Shown piece after piece: positions 26,046 through 37,200 of a DNA stretch of 64,000 nt. The stretch's first letter is position 1. Every line of letters starts with the position of its first letter. Made by a program: the position numbers and the translations under genes. This DNA is from Cypionkella sp. GTDB lineage: Bacteria; Pseudomonadota; Alphaproteobacteria; Rhodobacterales; Rhodobacteraceae. The notes below the pieces were generated by a model that was given only the letters and a program-made list of their open reading frames with translations, had not been told where the DNA came from and did not search any database. The stretch spans positions 6,367 through 70,366 of the forward strand of contig JANNAT010000142.1 of NCBI GenBank assembly GCA_031384605.1, given 5' to 3'.

Positions 26046-27428
26046 ATGACTGATCACTTTATTCCCCCGGCTTTGCGCCCTGTGCGTGCGAACTGGCTGC
26101 GCTTGCGCACCTTGATTTTTCTAAGGTGGATGGCAGTGGCTGGCCAACTGGCCGCTTTGACGGTTGCCGATTTATATTATGGCATGCTTTTGCCGTTAGG
26201 GTTCTGCTATCTGGCGGTTGGCACGGCGGTGATCGCCAATTTGGTGTCGGTTTTTGTCTTTCCGGCAAACAAGCGTTTGAGCGAAATGCAGGCAATGCTG
26301 ACGCTGTTGTTCGATTTATCGCAGCTTTCGTTGCTGTTGTATTTGACGGGCGGATTGACCAACCCCTTTGCCTTGTTGCTGTTGGCCCCCGTTACCGTTT
26401 CGGCAAGCGCGCTTGAGTTGCGCACGACCCTGATGTTGGGGCTGCTTGCGGCGATTTTTGTGACCCTTCTGGGATTGTTCAACTTTCCGCTACGCTATGC
26501 AGATGGGGTGTTGTTTGACATACCCGCCCTGTTCGAGTTCGGTTTTTGGCTTTCCATCCTGATCGGGATTGCGTTCATTGGCCTGTATTCCCGGCGGGTT
26601 TCAACCGAAATGCATTCGATGTCCGACGCATTGTTGGCCACACAAATGGCTTTGGCGCGGGAACAAAAGCTGACAGATCTGGGTGGTGTGGTCGCAGCGG
26701 CGGCGCATGAGCTGGGCACGCCGTTGGCCACAATCAAGCTGGTCAGCAGCGAGATGATTGATGATCTTTCGGCGCATCCTGATCTGCAAGACGATGCGCG
26801 GCTGATCCGGGATCAGGCAGACAGGTGCCGCGATATTTTACGGTCTATGGGCAAGGCTGGCAAAGATGATTTGCACATGCGCCAGGCACCTTTCAGCACC
26901 GTGCTGCGAGAGGCCGCAGAACCGCATCTTTCGCGTGGCAAAGAGGTTGTGTTTTCAATTGCGCCAAGCCCCGGCGAGGCCAGCGCAGAGCCATTGGTGC
27001 TGCGCCGCCCAGAGTTGATTCACGGTTTGCGCAACCTGATCCAGAACGCCGTGGATTTCGCGCACAGCAAGGTCTGGGTTGATGGCCAGTGGTCGAAAGA
27101 TCGCCTGTTGATCCGTATCCTTGATGACGGCGACGGTTTCCCGACGCAGGTTTTGGGCCGGATCGGGGATCCGTTCGTGCGCTCTCGTCGATCAGATCAG
27201 GCAACCCAATTGCGCCCGGGATATGAAGGCATGGGTTTGGGGCTGTTTATTGCCAAGACCCTGCTTGAACGCACGGGTGCAGAACTGTCGTTCGCAAATG
27301 GTGCCGACCCCTTTCTTTCGCCACTTGAACGCTCTGAACGGCGCGGTGCCATTGTTGAACTGGTTTGGCCAATTGACGCTCTTGTTGTAACCAGAGGTGG
27401 CGCTTTGGGTGAAAACCAGCGGTTTTAG
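26046..27428 (+). CDS. regB: redox sensor histidine kinase RegB/PrrB/ActS
   Basis: Start moved to ATG 26046. Six TM segments, H-box AAAAHELGTPL, the redox-box cysteine region (DRCRDIL) and N/G boxes (NLIQNAVDF, GMGLGLFI). Divergent from senC-regA. Confidence 0.9.
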   Translation: MTDHFIPPALRPVRANWLRLRTLIFLRWMAVAGQLAALTVADLYYGMLLPLGFCYLAVGTAVIANLVSVFVFPANKRLSEMQAMLTLLFDLSQLSLLLYLTGGLTNPFALLLLAPVTVSASALELRTTLMLGLLAAIFVTLLGLFNFPLRYADGVLFDIPALFEFGFWLSILIGIAFIGLYSRRVSTEMHSMSDALLATQMALAREQKLTDLGGVVAAAAHELGTPLATIKLVSSEMIDDLSAHPDLQDDARLIRDQADRCRDILRSMGKAGKDDLHMRQAPFSTVLREAAEPHLSRGKEVVFSIAPSPGEASAEPLVLRRPELIHGLRNLIQNAVDFAHSKVWVDGQWSKDRLLIRILDDGDGFPTQVLGRIGDPFVRSRRSDQATQLRPGYEGMGLGLFIAKTLLERTGAELSFANGADPFLSPLERSERRGAIVELVWPIDALVVTRGGALGENQRF

Positions 27429-27536
27429 GCAAGTCTTTTGGCATATAAGCATCTTTAGGTTGAAATTTTAATTTCTCATTAAGGAAACTTCCCTTAGGTT
27501 CAGACTATCGGAATAGACTTTACTCTGAGGTTTTGA

Positions 27537-29114
27537 ATGCCGTTTGATTGGATGATTGTTCTTTGGCTATGTCTAATTTCAACGCTTGCGGCGGTGGTTG
27601 GCATGATGACGGTTGCCCGACTGCCCCAAAGAAACGCTGTCCGTGCGCATAGTGTCTTCGATCAAACCACTGTGGGATCGGTGTTCTTGTTCGACGGAGA
27701 GGTGCTGATCGACAGCACGCCCAGTGCGCGGGCGCTGTTGGCAAACGGTGTGTTTCGCGGCGGGCACTGGCACAGGCTGATGGCTTTTCTTGCCCCAAAG
27801 TTTGAGGATCTTGAAGCACAGCTGCTGCGTTTGCCCACTGACGGCGCGTTGACGTTGACATCGGCAAAAGCGCGCGGGCGCGCTATCCTTTTGCAGGCTG
27901 AACACGCTGGCGGTCTTACGCGCATTGCTTTGGTCGATCTGGAAAAAGCCGTTGGGCTTTATGCGGTGGATCCCCTTATCCATCGCGCCACAACAGATGA
28001 ACTGGATCTGCTGCGCAATGCCGTTACCCATGCGCCAATCCTGGCCTGGCGCGAAAATGCGGCGGGCGATATTGTCTGGGCAAACGGCGGCTACCTTTTG
28101 TTGGCCGGCGAAATGCTGGTTGACGGCCAGGATCTGACTTGGCCATTGCCCCGCCTTTTTGACCGCAAGGCCACAACACAGGGGCACAAGGGGCAACGGC
28201 AAAGTGTTACAACGCCGTCCATCGCAACCAAATGGTTTGATTTGCACAGTCAAGCAGACGACGATGGCAGATTGTCTTATGCGTTGCCGGCAGATCAGGC
28301 GGTTGGTGCGGAAACTGCGTTGCGCGACTTTATGCAGACGCTGACCAAAACTTTTGCGCAATTGCCCATCGGGCTTGCGATCTTTGATCGCGACAGGAAA
28401 TTGCAGCTTTTCAACCCGGCATTGCTGGATTTAACCGGCTTGCCCGCTGATTTTCTATCGTTGCGCCCGACGTTGGTTTCGGTGTTGGATGCCTTGCGTG
28501 ATCGCAACATGTTGCCTGAACCCAAAGATTATCGCGGCTGGCGACGCCAAATTCTTAGCATGGAAAAAGCAGCGGCATCCGGGGTGTTCGAAGAGACGTG
28601 GAATCTGGCAGATGGCCAGACATTCCGGGTGGTAGGCCGCCCGCATCCCAATGGGGCGCTGGCCTTGATGATTGAAGACATATCGACAGAAATGCTGCGG
28701 ACGCGGCGCTATCGCGCTGATCTGGAGCTGGGCCAATCGGTGATTGATGAACTGGACGAGGCGATTGTCGTTTTTTCGCAATCAGGCCAGTTGGTGATGT
28801 CAAACGCAGCCTACGGTCAGCTTTGGGGCGAGGATCCTGCGCTGAACATGGACGACTGTTCCGTTCGCCGTCTTTCGGCCAAATGGCGCGCTTTGTCGGC
28901 GCCAAGTTCCGTTTGGGCCGATGCCGACGATTATGTGGCGACGGTTGGCGATCGCGCGGTCTGGCGGGCCGAAGCGCGGCTTCTGGATGGCCGGATGCTG
29001 ACGTGTCGGTTTGCGCCATTGGCGGCGGGGGCCACTTTGGTGGCCTTTCGGGTCATGGCCATATCCGACGCGGAACAGCCGCTTATCGCCGATGCGGCAC
29101 GGCTGCGCGCCTGA
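27537..29114 (+). CDS. membrane-anchored PAS-domain sensor protein
   Basis: 525 aa. N-terminal TM segment and PAS-like repeats (LPIGLAIFDRDRKLQLFNPALLDLTG..., AIVVFSQSGQLVMSNAAYGQLWG). I see no H-box or ATPase motifs. Confidence 0.6.
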   Translation: MPFDWMIVLWLCLISTLAAVVGMMTVARLPQRNAVRAHSVFDQTTVGSVFLFDGEVLIDSTPSARALLANGVFRGGHWHRLMAFLAPKFEDLEAQLLRLPTDGALTLTSAKARGRAILLQAEHAGGLTRIALVDLEKAVGLYAVDPLIHRATTDELDLLRNAVTHAPILAWRENAAGDIVWANGGYLLLAGEMLVDGQDLTWPLPRLFDRKATTQGHKGQRQSVTTPSIATKWFDLHSQADDDGRLSYALPADQAVGAETALRDFMQTLTKTFAQLPIGLAIFDRDRKLQLFNPALLDLTGLPADFLSLRPTLVSVLDALRDRNMLPEPKDYRGWRRQILSMEKAAASGVFEETWNLADGQTFRVVGRPHPNGALALMIEDISTEMLRTRRYRADLELGQSVIDELDEAIVVFSQSGQLVMSNAAYGQLWGEDPALNMDDCSVRRLSAKWRALSAPSSVWADADDYVATVGDRAVWRAEARLLDGRMLTCRFAPLAAGATLVAFRVMAISDAEQPLIADAARLRA

Positions 29115-29160
29115 CCGTTTCCCGCTTTGCAGTGGCAGCACAGCCCGTTAAACTGGGCTG

Positions 29161-29643
29161 ATGACTGACTTTGATCAAGCCGTTTTATTTCATCTTGACG
29201 ACGAGGCGGCCACAGCGCGGCTTGGTGCCTGGCTGTCTGGGTATCTGGGCCGCGGCGATTGCGTGCTGTTGTCTGGCCCAATTGGTGCTGGAAAAAGCCA
29301 TCTTGCCCGCGCATTCATCCGGGCACGGCTGGGCCGGATGGAGGATGTTCCATCGCCGACCTTTACGTTGGTTCAGACCTATGACGCGGATGTGGAAATC
29401 TGGCACGCTGATCTTTATCGGTTGTCGCATCCGGACGAGGTTATCGAGCTGGGATTAGAAGATGCCTTTTCCAGTGCCATTTGCCTGATCGAATGGCCGG
29501 ACAGACTGGGCGATCTGGCCCCAAAGGATGCCATTCGGATCACTCTTTCAGACGAAGGCGTGGGGCGTCGCGTGTTCATTCAATGTGCAGGACGGCCCGG
29601 GCTGAGTGCGGCCTTGCGACAGCATTGGACGCGACATGATTGA
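29161..29643 (+). CDS. tsaE: tRNA t6A biosynthesis ATPase TsaE
   Basis: 160 aa. Walker A motif LSGPIGAGKSHLARAFI and the SPTFTLV motif. Confidence 0.88.
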   Translation: MTDFDQAVLFHLDDEAATARLGAWLSGYLGRGDCVLLSGPIGAGKSHLARAFIRARLGRMEDVPSPTFTLVQTYDADVEIWHADLYRLSHPDEVIELGLEDAFSSAICLIEWPDRLGDLAPKDAIRITLSDEGVGRRVFIQCAGRPGLSAALRQHWTRHD

Positions 29644-30646
29644 TCGGCACACACTTTCGATGTCTTTTTTGGCGGCAGCCGGATGGGGCGGCGCAGAGCG
29701 GGTCTTTCTGGCCGGCGATGCATCTGATCGCAGTTATGACAGGCTGCGCCTTATCGACCGCACCGCCGTTTTGATGGATGCCCCGCCCGGCCAAGGGGAT
29801 GATCCGGCACAGTTCCTTGCAATTGCCAAGTATCTTTCAACCTTGAACCTTTCCGCCCCGGCGTGCCTTGCGCAGGACCTTTCCCATGGGTTTTTGCTGT
29901 TGGAAGATCTGGGCGATGACGTCTATGCAAAGCTGATTCTGCAAGATCCCGCCGTTGAGCAATCGCTTTATGAGGCGGCTGTTGATGTGTTGGCACATCT
30001 GCAGTGTTTTGCGCCACCGCCGGGGCTGCCAAACCTGACGGCGTCGGATTGGGCGAGCGCGGCAGAGTTTGCCTTGGACTGGTATGCGTTTGCAATCACC
30101 GGGGATCGCGCCTTGACGACAGATTTCCATGCCGTTCTGGCGGACCTTATGCACCGCTATGCCGACGGACCGCGCGTTATGATTTTGCGCGATTACCATG
30201 CCGAGAACCTGCTTTGGTTGCCGAACCGGGCCGGCCTTGGCAAGGTTGGTCTTTTGGATTTCCAGTTGGGGCAAATGGGGCAACCGGCATATGATCTTGT
30301 ATCGCTGCTGCAAGACGCGCGGCGGGACGTATCCGGGCAGATCGAACTGGCGATGAAGGCGCGGTTTGTTGTGGCAACCGGGGTGGAAAACGCCCCCTTT
30401 TTGACGGCTTATGCGGTTCTTGGTGCGCAGCGCGCGTTACGTATTTTGGGCATATTTGCACGCCTATGCCTGAAGGGCGCAAAGCCCGGATATTTGTCGT
30501 TGATTCCACGTGTCTGGGATCATCTGCAGCGCAATCTGGCTGAGCCTGACCTTGCACCTTTGGCTAAAATCTGCGCCGACTTATTGCCCGAACCGACGCC
30601 CCAAGCCCTTGCCCTGATAGGTTCTAAATGCGGCCATTTCCGCTGA
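29636..30646 (+). CDS. amgK: aminoglycoside-phosphotransferase-fold kinase (AmgK-like MurNAc/GlcNAc anomeric kinase)
   Basis: ATG 29636 overlaps the tsaE stop. GDASDRSYDRL and RDYHAENLLW (Brenner/APH motifs). Paired with a downstream nucleotidyltransferase, as in the AmgK-MurU recycling pathway. Confidence 0.7.
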   Translation: MIDRHTLSMSFLAAAGWGGAERVFLAGDASDRSYDRLRLIDRTAVLMDAPPGQGDDPAQFLAIAKYLSTLNLSAPACLAQDLSHGFLLLEDLGDDVYAKLILQDPAVEQSLYEAAVDVLAHLQCFAPPPGLPNLTASDWASAAEFALDWYAFAITGDRALTTDFHAVLADLMHRYADGPRVMILRDYHAENLLWLPNRAGLGKVGLLDFQLGQMGQPAYDLVSLLQDARRDVSGQIELAMKARFVVATGVENAPFLTAYAVLGAQRALRILGIFARLCLKGAKPGYLSLIPRVWDHLQRNLAEPDLAPLAKICADLLPEPTPQALALIGSKCGHFR

Positions 30647-31335
30647 TGCTGTTTGCTGCCGGTTTTGGCACCCGCATGGGCGCGCTGACAGCCCATACGC
30701 CAAAACCATTGATTTCGGTGGGTGGTCAAACCCTGATAGACCGGGCATTGGCATTGGCCAGCACGGCCCAAGTTGATCGTATCGTGGTCAATCTGCATTA
30801 TCTGGGCGATCAGATCGTTGCCCATTTGCACGGCCGCGCCGTTCAGTTTTCGTATGAGCGCGATGGTATTCTTGAAACCGGCGGCGGCCTGCGGGCGGCG
30901 TTGCCCTTGCTGGGTGCCGGGCCGGTGATCACGCTGAACACAGATGCGGTCTGGACCAACCAAACAGGCCTGATGCAACTGTTAAAGGCCTGGGATGATA
31001 CCAAAATGGACGCGTTGGTTTTATTGTTACCGGCACATCTGGCGACGGGCCACGCAGGTAGGGGTGATTTTGCGCTGGCCGCAGACGGTAGAATTTCACG
31101 CGCAAACGGGACATCGGGGATGGTCTATCTTGGCGCGCAAATTATCCGGACTGATGTATTGATAGCCGTTGCGGCGCCCGCGTTTTCGCTGAACCTGATC
31201 TGGGATCAGATGATCGGCAACGGGCGGGCGTATGGGGTGATTTATGATGGCGGATGGTGTGATGTCGGCAGCCCCGCAGGCATTGCGCTGGCTGAAGCGA
31301 TGCTAGGCCAGTCACCGGAACCCGGCGATGTTTGA
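30628..31335 (+). CDS. murU: nucleotidyltransferase (MurU-like N-acetylmuramate-1-phosphate uridylyltransferase)
   Basis: 235 aa. LFAAGFGTRMG sugar-nucleotidyltransferase P-loop. Overlaps the kinase gene's end. Confidence 0.7.
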   Translation: MRPFPLMLFAAGFGTRMGALTAHTPKPLISVGGQTLIDRALALASTAQVDRIVVNLHYLGDQIVAHLHGRAVQFSYERDGILETGGGLRAALPLLGAGPVITLNTDAVWTNQTGLMQLLKAWDDTKMDALVLLLPAHLATGHAGRGDFALAADGRISRANGTSGMVYLGAQIIRTDVLIAVAAPAFSLNLIWDQMIGNGRAYGVIYDGGWCDVGSPAGIALAEAMLGQSPEPGDV

Positions 31336-34282
31336 AGGGGGGCGTCCGCATGTTTACGCCTTGCCGCCGGGCGCTGATTTTCCGGCGCATTTGGTGGCAG
31401 GCCTACAGGACCGCATGGCTGGCCAGCCGCCAGAAGCCATGGCGCGGGTCAAGCTGTATGTGAACACTGCCAGAATGCGGCGGCGTATTATTGATCTGTT
31501 TTCGACAAAAGGGGCGGCGTTTTTGCCGCAAATACTGCTGATTACGGATCTGGCAAATGATCCAACTTTGGGGCTGCCGCCAGCAACCTCTGCGTTGCGC
31601 CGCCGGTTGGAGTTGGCGCAGTTGATCGGCGGGTTGTTGGATGCACAGCCTGATCTTGCGCCGCGCACGACGCTTTACGATCTGGCCGACAGCCTTGCCA
31701 CATTGATCGACGAAATGCAGGGCGAAGGTGTGCCGCCACAGGTGGTTGCGGGCTTGGATGTTTCCAACCATTCAGAACATTGGCGGCGAACACAGGCGTT
31801 TTTGCAAATCATAGCACCGCTTTTCGCGGACAGCCTTGATGGCGAGGCGCGTCAGCGGCTGGCAGCTTTGCGCATGGTCGAGATTTGGTCGCATAGCCCG
31901 CCAAACACGCCGGTCATCGTTGCCGGATCGACGGGATCGCGCGGAACCACGGCTGCGTTCATGGCTGCGGTGGCAGCCCTGCCAAACGGGGCCTTGGTGT
32001 TGCCGGGTTTTGATGCGAATACACCCAGCGCGGTTTGGGACGCGATGAACGATGCGTTTACCGCCGAAGACCACCCCCAATACCGGTTTCGCAGGCTGTT
32101 GGATCTGTTGCAGATCACCGCCGATGATGTGGCACCATGGCGCGATATTGCAGCACCCGACCCTGAACGCAATCGGCTGATATCGCTGTCATTGCGCCCG
32201 GCACCCGTGACCGATCAATGGTTGATCGAAGGGCCGATGTTGCCAGATCTGATTCTGGCAACCAAGGACATGACCCTGATCGAGGCCGCCTCGCCCCGCA
32301 ACGAGGCGCTGGCGATTGCGTTAATCTTGCGCGAAGCTGCGGAAAACGGCACCAAGGCGGCGTTGATCACCCCGGACCGCAATCTGACCCGACAAGTTGC
32401 TGCCGCCTTGGATCGGTGGGCAATTTTGCCGGATGATTCTGCGGGAAAACCGCTGGCCTTGTCAGCGCCGGGGCGGTTTCTTTCGCATGTCGTCGAGTTG
32501 TTTTGCGAAAAACTGACACCGGATCGCTTGCTGACGTTGTTAAAGCACCCACTTGCCGCCACCGGGGGCGACCGGGGACAGCATTTGTTGTTTACGCGCC
32601 ACCTTGAATTGAAGCTGCGCAGACACGGCCCCAGTTTTCTGACGGGGCAGGACTTGATCGCCTGGGCAAAGTCGCGGGACGACGTTGGCATCGTTGAATG
32701 GGCCGAGTGTCTTGCCAATGCGCTGGATCGTATCGCGGGTTTTGACTGCAACGCATTGCCTGACCGGGTGGCGGGCCATCTGTGGTTGGCAGATGCCCTT
32801 GCGCGCGGAACTGCGCCGGACGGATGCGGCGATTTGTGGGGCAAGGCTGCGGGGGCCGAAGCGCAAGCCCTGATGGCAGACCTGACAACCGAGGCCCCGC
32901 ATGGCGGTGCTTATTCGGCAACGGAATACCGGGACTTGTTCAAGTCTTTGCTGAACAAAGGTGAGGTGCGGGAACCCGTTCTGGCCCATCCGAATGTGAT
33001 GATCTGGGGCACGCTAGAGGCACGGGTGCAAGGTGCTGAACTGGTCATTCTTGGTGGATTGAATGATTCCGTCTGGCCTAAATTGCCAGAACCGGACCCG
33101 TGGCTTAACCGCCAGATGCGCAAGGCGGCTGGTTTGCTGTTGCCCGAACGCCAAATTGGGCTGTCTGCGCATGACTATCAGCAGGCAGTCGCGGCACCCC
33201 GGGTGATCTTGTCGCGCGCGGTGCGAAATGCGGATGCAGAAACCGTGCCGTCGCGGTGGCTGAACCGTTTATTGAACCTGATGGACGGGCTGCCGCAGCG
33301 CAATGGCCCCGCTGCAATGGCCAAAATGCGCGAAAAGGGGGCGGCGTGGACAAGCATGGCCCAGATGCTGGAGCGGCCGACCACGGCAATGCTGGGTGAT
33401 CCGCGCCTGATGCCAGCCAAGCGGCCAGCACCGCAGCCGCCGGTTTCAATGCGGCCTGATCGACTTTCGCTGACCAATATCGCGCGGTTGATCCGCGATC
33501 CTTATGCGATTTATGCGCGCCACATTCTGCGGCTTTATCCGCTGGACCCTTTACACGCGACACCTACCACGCGTGAGCGGGGGAAAATTGTGCACAGCGT
33601 TCTTGAAGAGTTTGTAAAATCGCGCCCCGCACAAGAAACCCGCGTCAAGGCCCGGCAACGACTTTTGGATATTGCGGTGGCCGTGCTTAATGCGGAAACC
33701 GCGTTTCCGTCGGCGCGCGCATTGTGGCTGGCACGGCTGGACCGGGCGGCGGATCACTTTCTGACGCAAGACGCCAAGCAGGACGGCACCGCTTTGGTGG
33801 TGGAAACAAAAGGATCCGTCCGGCTTGATCCGCTGAACTTTACCTTGTTCGGCACGCCTGACCGGATTGACCGGCTGCCAGATGGGCGGTTGCATTTGAT
33901 TGATTATAAAACCGGGTCACCACCGTCAGCGGCACAACAAAAAGCCTATGAAAAACAGCTTCTACTGGCGGCGGCCATGGCCGAACGTGGTGGGTTTGCG
34001 GATTTCGGCCCAACAGACGTTGCCACGATCAGCTATGTTGGGTTGGGGTCAGGCGAAAAGGTTGTTGATACCACGATGACGCCCGAACTGATCGCCGTTG
34101 AATGGGCGAAACTGATAACGCTTGTGTCGCGGTATCTGACGCGGACCACCGGCTATACCTCGCGCCGGGCAATGTTTGAGCAGCGTTTCCCCGGCGATTA
34201 CGACCATCTTGCACGATTTGGGGAATGGCAGATGTCAGACCGCGCCGTGCCGGAATCCGTTGGCCCACAGGATTTGCCATGA
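31328..34282 (+). CDS. addB: double-strand break repair protein AddB (alphaproteobacterial type)
   Basis: 984 aa, directly upstream of and overlapping addA. C-terminal PD-(D/E)xK nuclease region (GTPDRIDRLPDGRLHLIDYKTG). Confidence 0.88.
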   Translation: MFEGGRPHVYALPPGADFPAHLVAGLQDRMAGQPPEAMARVKLYVNTARMRRRIIDLFSTKGAAFLPQILLITDLANDPTLGLPPATSALRRRLELAQLIGGLLDAQPDLAPRTTLYDLADSLATLIDEMQGEGVPPQVVAGLDVSNHSEHWRRTQAFLQIIAPLFADSLDGEARQRLAALRMVEIWSHSPPNTPVIVAGSTGSRGTTAAFMAAVAALPNGALVLPGFDANTPSAVWDAMNDAFTAEDHPQYRFRRLLDLLQITADDVAPWRDIAAPDPERNRLISLSLRPAPVTDQWLIEGPMLPDLILATKDMTLIEAASPRNEALAIALILREAAENGTKAALITPDRNLTRQVAAALDRWAILPDDSAGKPLALSAPGRFLSHVVELFCEKLTPDRLLTLLKHPLAATGGDRGQHLLFTRHLELKLRRHGPSFLTGQDLIAWAKSRDDVGIVEWAECLANALDRIAGFDCNALPDRVAGHLWLADALARGTAPDGCGDLWGKAAGAEAQALMADLTTEAPHGGAYSATEYRDLFKSLLNKGEVREPVLAHPNVMIWGTLEARVQGAELVILGGLNDSVWPKLPEPDPWLNRQMRKAAGLLLPERQIGLSAHDYQQAVAAPRVILSRAVRNADAETVPSRWLNRLLNLMDGLPQRNGPAAMAKMREKGAAWTSMAQMLERPTTAMLGDPRLMPAKRPAPQPPVSMRPDRLSLTNIARLIRDPYAIYARHILRLYPLDPLHATPTTRERGKIVHSVLEEFVKSRPAQETRVKARQRLLDIAVAVLNAETAFPSARALWLARLDRAADHFLTQDAKQDGTALVVETKGSVRLDPLNFTLFGTPDRIDRLPDGRLHLIDYKTGSPPSAAQQKAYEKQLLLAAAMAERGGFADFGPTDVATISYVGLGSGEKVVDTTMTPELIAVEWAKLITLVSRYLTRTTGYTSRRAMFEQRFPGDYDHLARFGEWQMSDRAVPESVGPQDLP

Positions 34283-37200
34283 CCCGCGCCGATGCTTTTG
34301 TGCGCCAAATTCAGGCCTCGGATCCGATGGCCACGACATGGCTTTCGGCGAATGCCGGGTCGGGGAAAACCCGCGTGTTGACAGACCGCGTTGCCCGCCT
34401 GTTGCTAAGCGGCGTGCAGCCGCAACACATATTGTGCCTGACCTATACCAAAGCCGCCGCAACCGAGATGCAAAACCGGCTGTTTCGCAGGTTGGGCGAA
34501 TGGGCGATGAAGCCCGATGTCGCGCTGCAAAAAGCCTTGGCCGAGTTGGGCGATGAGGGCAGACATGCGCCCGGTGCTTTGGCCCGCGCGCGGCAATTGT
34601 TTGCGCGCGCGATTGAGGCGCCGGGTGGGCTGCGCATACAGACCATTCACAGTTTTTGCGCCACCTTGTTGCGCCGCTTTCCGCTGGAGGCCGGGGTTTC
34701 CCCGCAATTCACCGAGCTGGACGACCGCGCCGGACGGCTGTTGCGGGCGGCATTGGTTGAGGAAATGGCGGCGGTTCACGCCCCGGATATCATCGCTGAT
34801 GTCGCGCAAGCCTATTCTGGCGAGGATTTTACGGGTTTAATGGAACAGGTTGTTCGCAACCGACCCGGGTTTTCCCTGCCTTTAGACCAAGAGCAGGCAA
34901 ACCAGCTGTTCGGTCTGCCAAAGGATGATAGCGTTGAATGCGTTTTGGGGGATGTGTTTCTTGGCTATGAGGCGGCTTTGGTTGCCAAAATCAGCCCTGC
35001 GATGCTGGGCTGCAAAGACACCGACATTAAAATCGCAACGCGGTTGGCGGCGTTAGATCTGGCGTTGCCAACGCTGGGGGCTTTGGCCGCGCTGGAAGAT
35101 ATTCTGTTATTTGGTCCAAAGACGGCTGCGCCTTATGGTGCGAAAATCGGCAAGCTGCCAACCAAGGATTGCCGCGCTGCCATTGCCGCAGACCTGCCAC
35201 AACTTGAGGCCCTGATGCTGCGTGTCGAAGCCGCGCGGCCCCGCCGACTTGCACTGTTGGCCGTGCAAAAGACCCTTATCCTGCACCGCTTTGCCGCAGT
35301 GTTTTTACCTTTGTACGAACAGGCCAAGGCCGCGCGCGGTTGTCTGGATTTTGACGATTTGATCGCCCGCGCCAAAGGGTTGTTAACCGATCCATCCGTC
35401 GCGGCCTGGGTTTTGTTCCGGCTGGACGGCGGTATAGATCATATTCTGGTGGACGAAGCCCAAGACACCAGCCCTGACCAATGGCGGGTGATCGAACTGT
35501 TGGCGGCTGAATTTGCTGCTGGCGAAGGCACACGCGACGGCGGCCGCACTTTGTTTGTGGTGGGCGACAAAAAACAGTCGATCTATTCATTTCAGGGTGC
35601 CGATATTGCCGTATTTGATGAAAAGCTTGATCAGTTCAGCCAAGGGTTTCAGGCCGCCGATCTGGCATTTCAAAGCCTGAAGCTTGAATATTCGTTCCGC
35701 TCTTCGCCTGCGATTTTGCGGCTGGTGGACGAAACTTTTGGCGCGCGTTTCCCCGCAGCGTTGGGCGATACGGTTTTGCACCATGCGTTCAGGGCCGACA
35801 TGCCCGGACGGGTTGATCTGTGGCCCATGATCACATCAGCCCCGGAAAAGACCGATGAAAACTGGGAAGATCCGGTTGATCTGGTGGCCGAAACGCATCA
35901 TTCGGCACAGCTGGCCGAGGCCATTGCGCAAGAGATCAAGCAGCTGATCGCGGCGGGCGTGCAAATTCCGACCGGTGAGGATCCGGCGCAATCGCGTCAG
36001 GTTCATGCCGGAGATTTTCTGATTTTGGTGCAACGAAGATCGGCGTTGTTTGAACAGATCATCCGGGCCTGCAAAAAGGCGGGTCTGCCCATTGCCGGCG
36101 CGGACCGGCTAAAGCTGGGTGCGGAGCTGGCGGTGAAAGACCTTGCGGCGTTGCTGGCCTTTATTGCCACGCCAGAGGATGACTTGTCTTTGGCGGTAAC
36201 CCTGCGATCCCCGTTGTGTAGCTGGACCGAAGCCGAGCTTTTTACGCTTGCACAGGGTCGAAAAGGCTTTCTGTGGGAGGCGCTGCGCCACAGCGTGATA
36301 CATTCGGAAACGCTGGCGATGCTGGCAGATCTGCGGGATCAATCTGATTTCTTGCGCCCGTTTGATTTGATCGAGCGCGCCCTGACGCGGCATGATGGTC
36401 GGCGGCGGTTGTTGGCCCGCCTTGGCCCCGAGGCAGAAGACGGTATTGACGAATTGCTGTCACAGGCCTTGGCCTATGAGCGAAACGAAGTGCCAAGCCT
36501 GACGGGGTTTCTGGTTTGGCTTGAAACGGATGATGTCGAGATCAAGCGGCAAATGGATGGCGCGGGCCACCTGATACGGGTGATGACGGTTCATGGTGCA
36601 AAAGGCTTGGAAGCCCCGATTGTTATCTTGCCAGACACCGCCACCCGCAATCCGCCGGATTATGATGAGATTTACCGCCTGCCGGGTGGCGTGCCGATCT
36701 GGAAAACCACAGCCGACCACAGCCCACCCTTGATTCAAGGCCTGCGCAGTGGCCGCAAGATCAAGGCTGAACAGGAAAGCCTGCGGTTGTTGTATGTGGC
36801 AATGACACGGGCGAAATCATGGTTGATCGTGGCGGGCGCTGGCAGTGCGGATGCAGATGGGGCTTGGCACAGGTTGATTTCTCAAGGCATGCAGGCTGTT
36901 GGCGCAATGCCCATTTCTGACGGGCGGCAGCGGTATGAGTTTGGGCAATGGCCTGAATCGTCGGAAAAACAGTCGCTGATACAGCCTGATCTGGCCCAAC
37001 TGCCCGCATGGACGGCCGTGGATGCAACAAGTCTCGCCCGGCCCGATCAGCCGGTTTCTCCGTCTGATCTTGGGGGGGCAAAGGTGCTGGCCGGTGAGCT
37101 GGATGGGTTGACTGAGAAGGACGGCAAGCAACGTGGAACCGCCCTGCACCTGCTTTTGCAACACTTGCCCCGGGCACCATCGCAGGAATGGGCCGATATT

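Noticed and set aside
27455-27500. Direct repeat TTAGGTT x2 in the AT-rich regB/PAS-gene spacer
   Set aside because: Only 7 bp match, which is expected by chance in an AT-rich spacer. There is no supporting symmetry.
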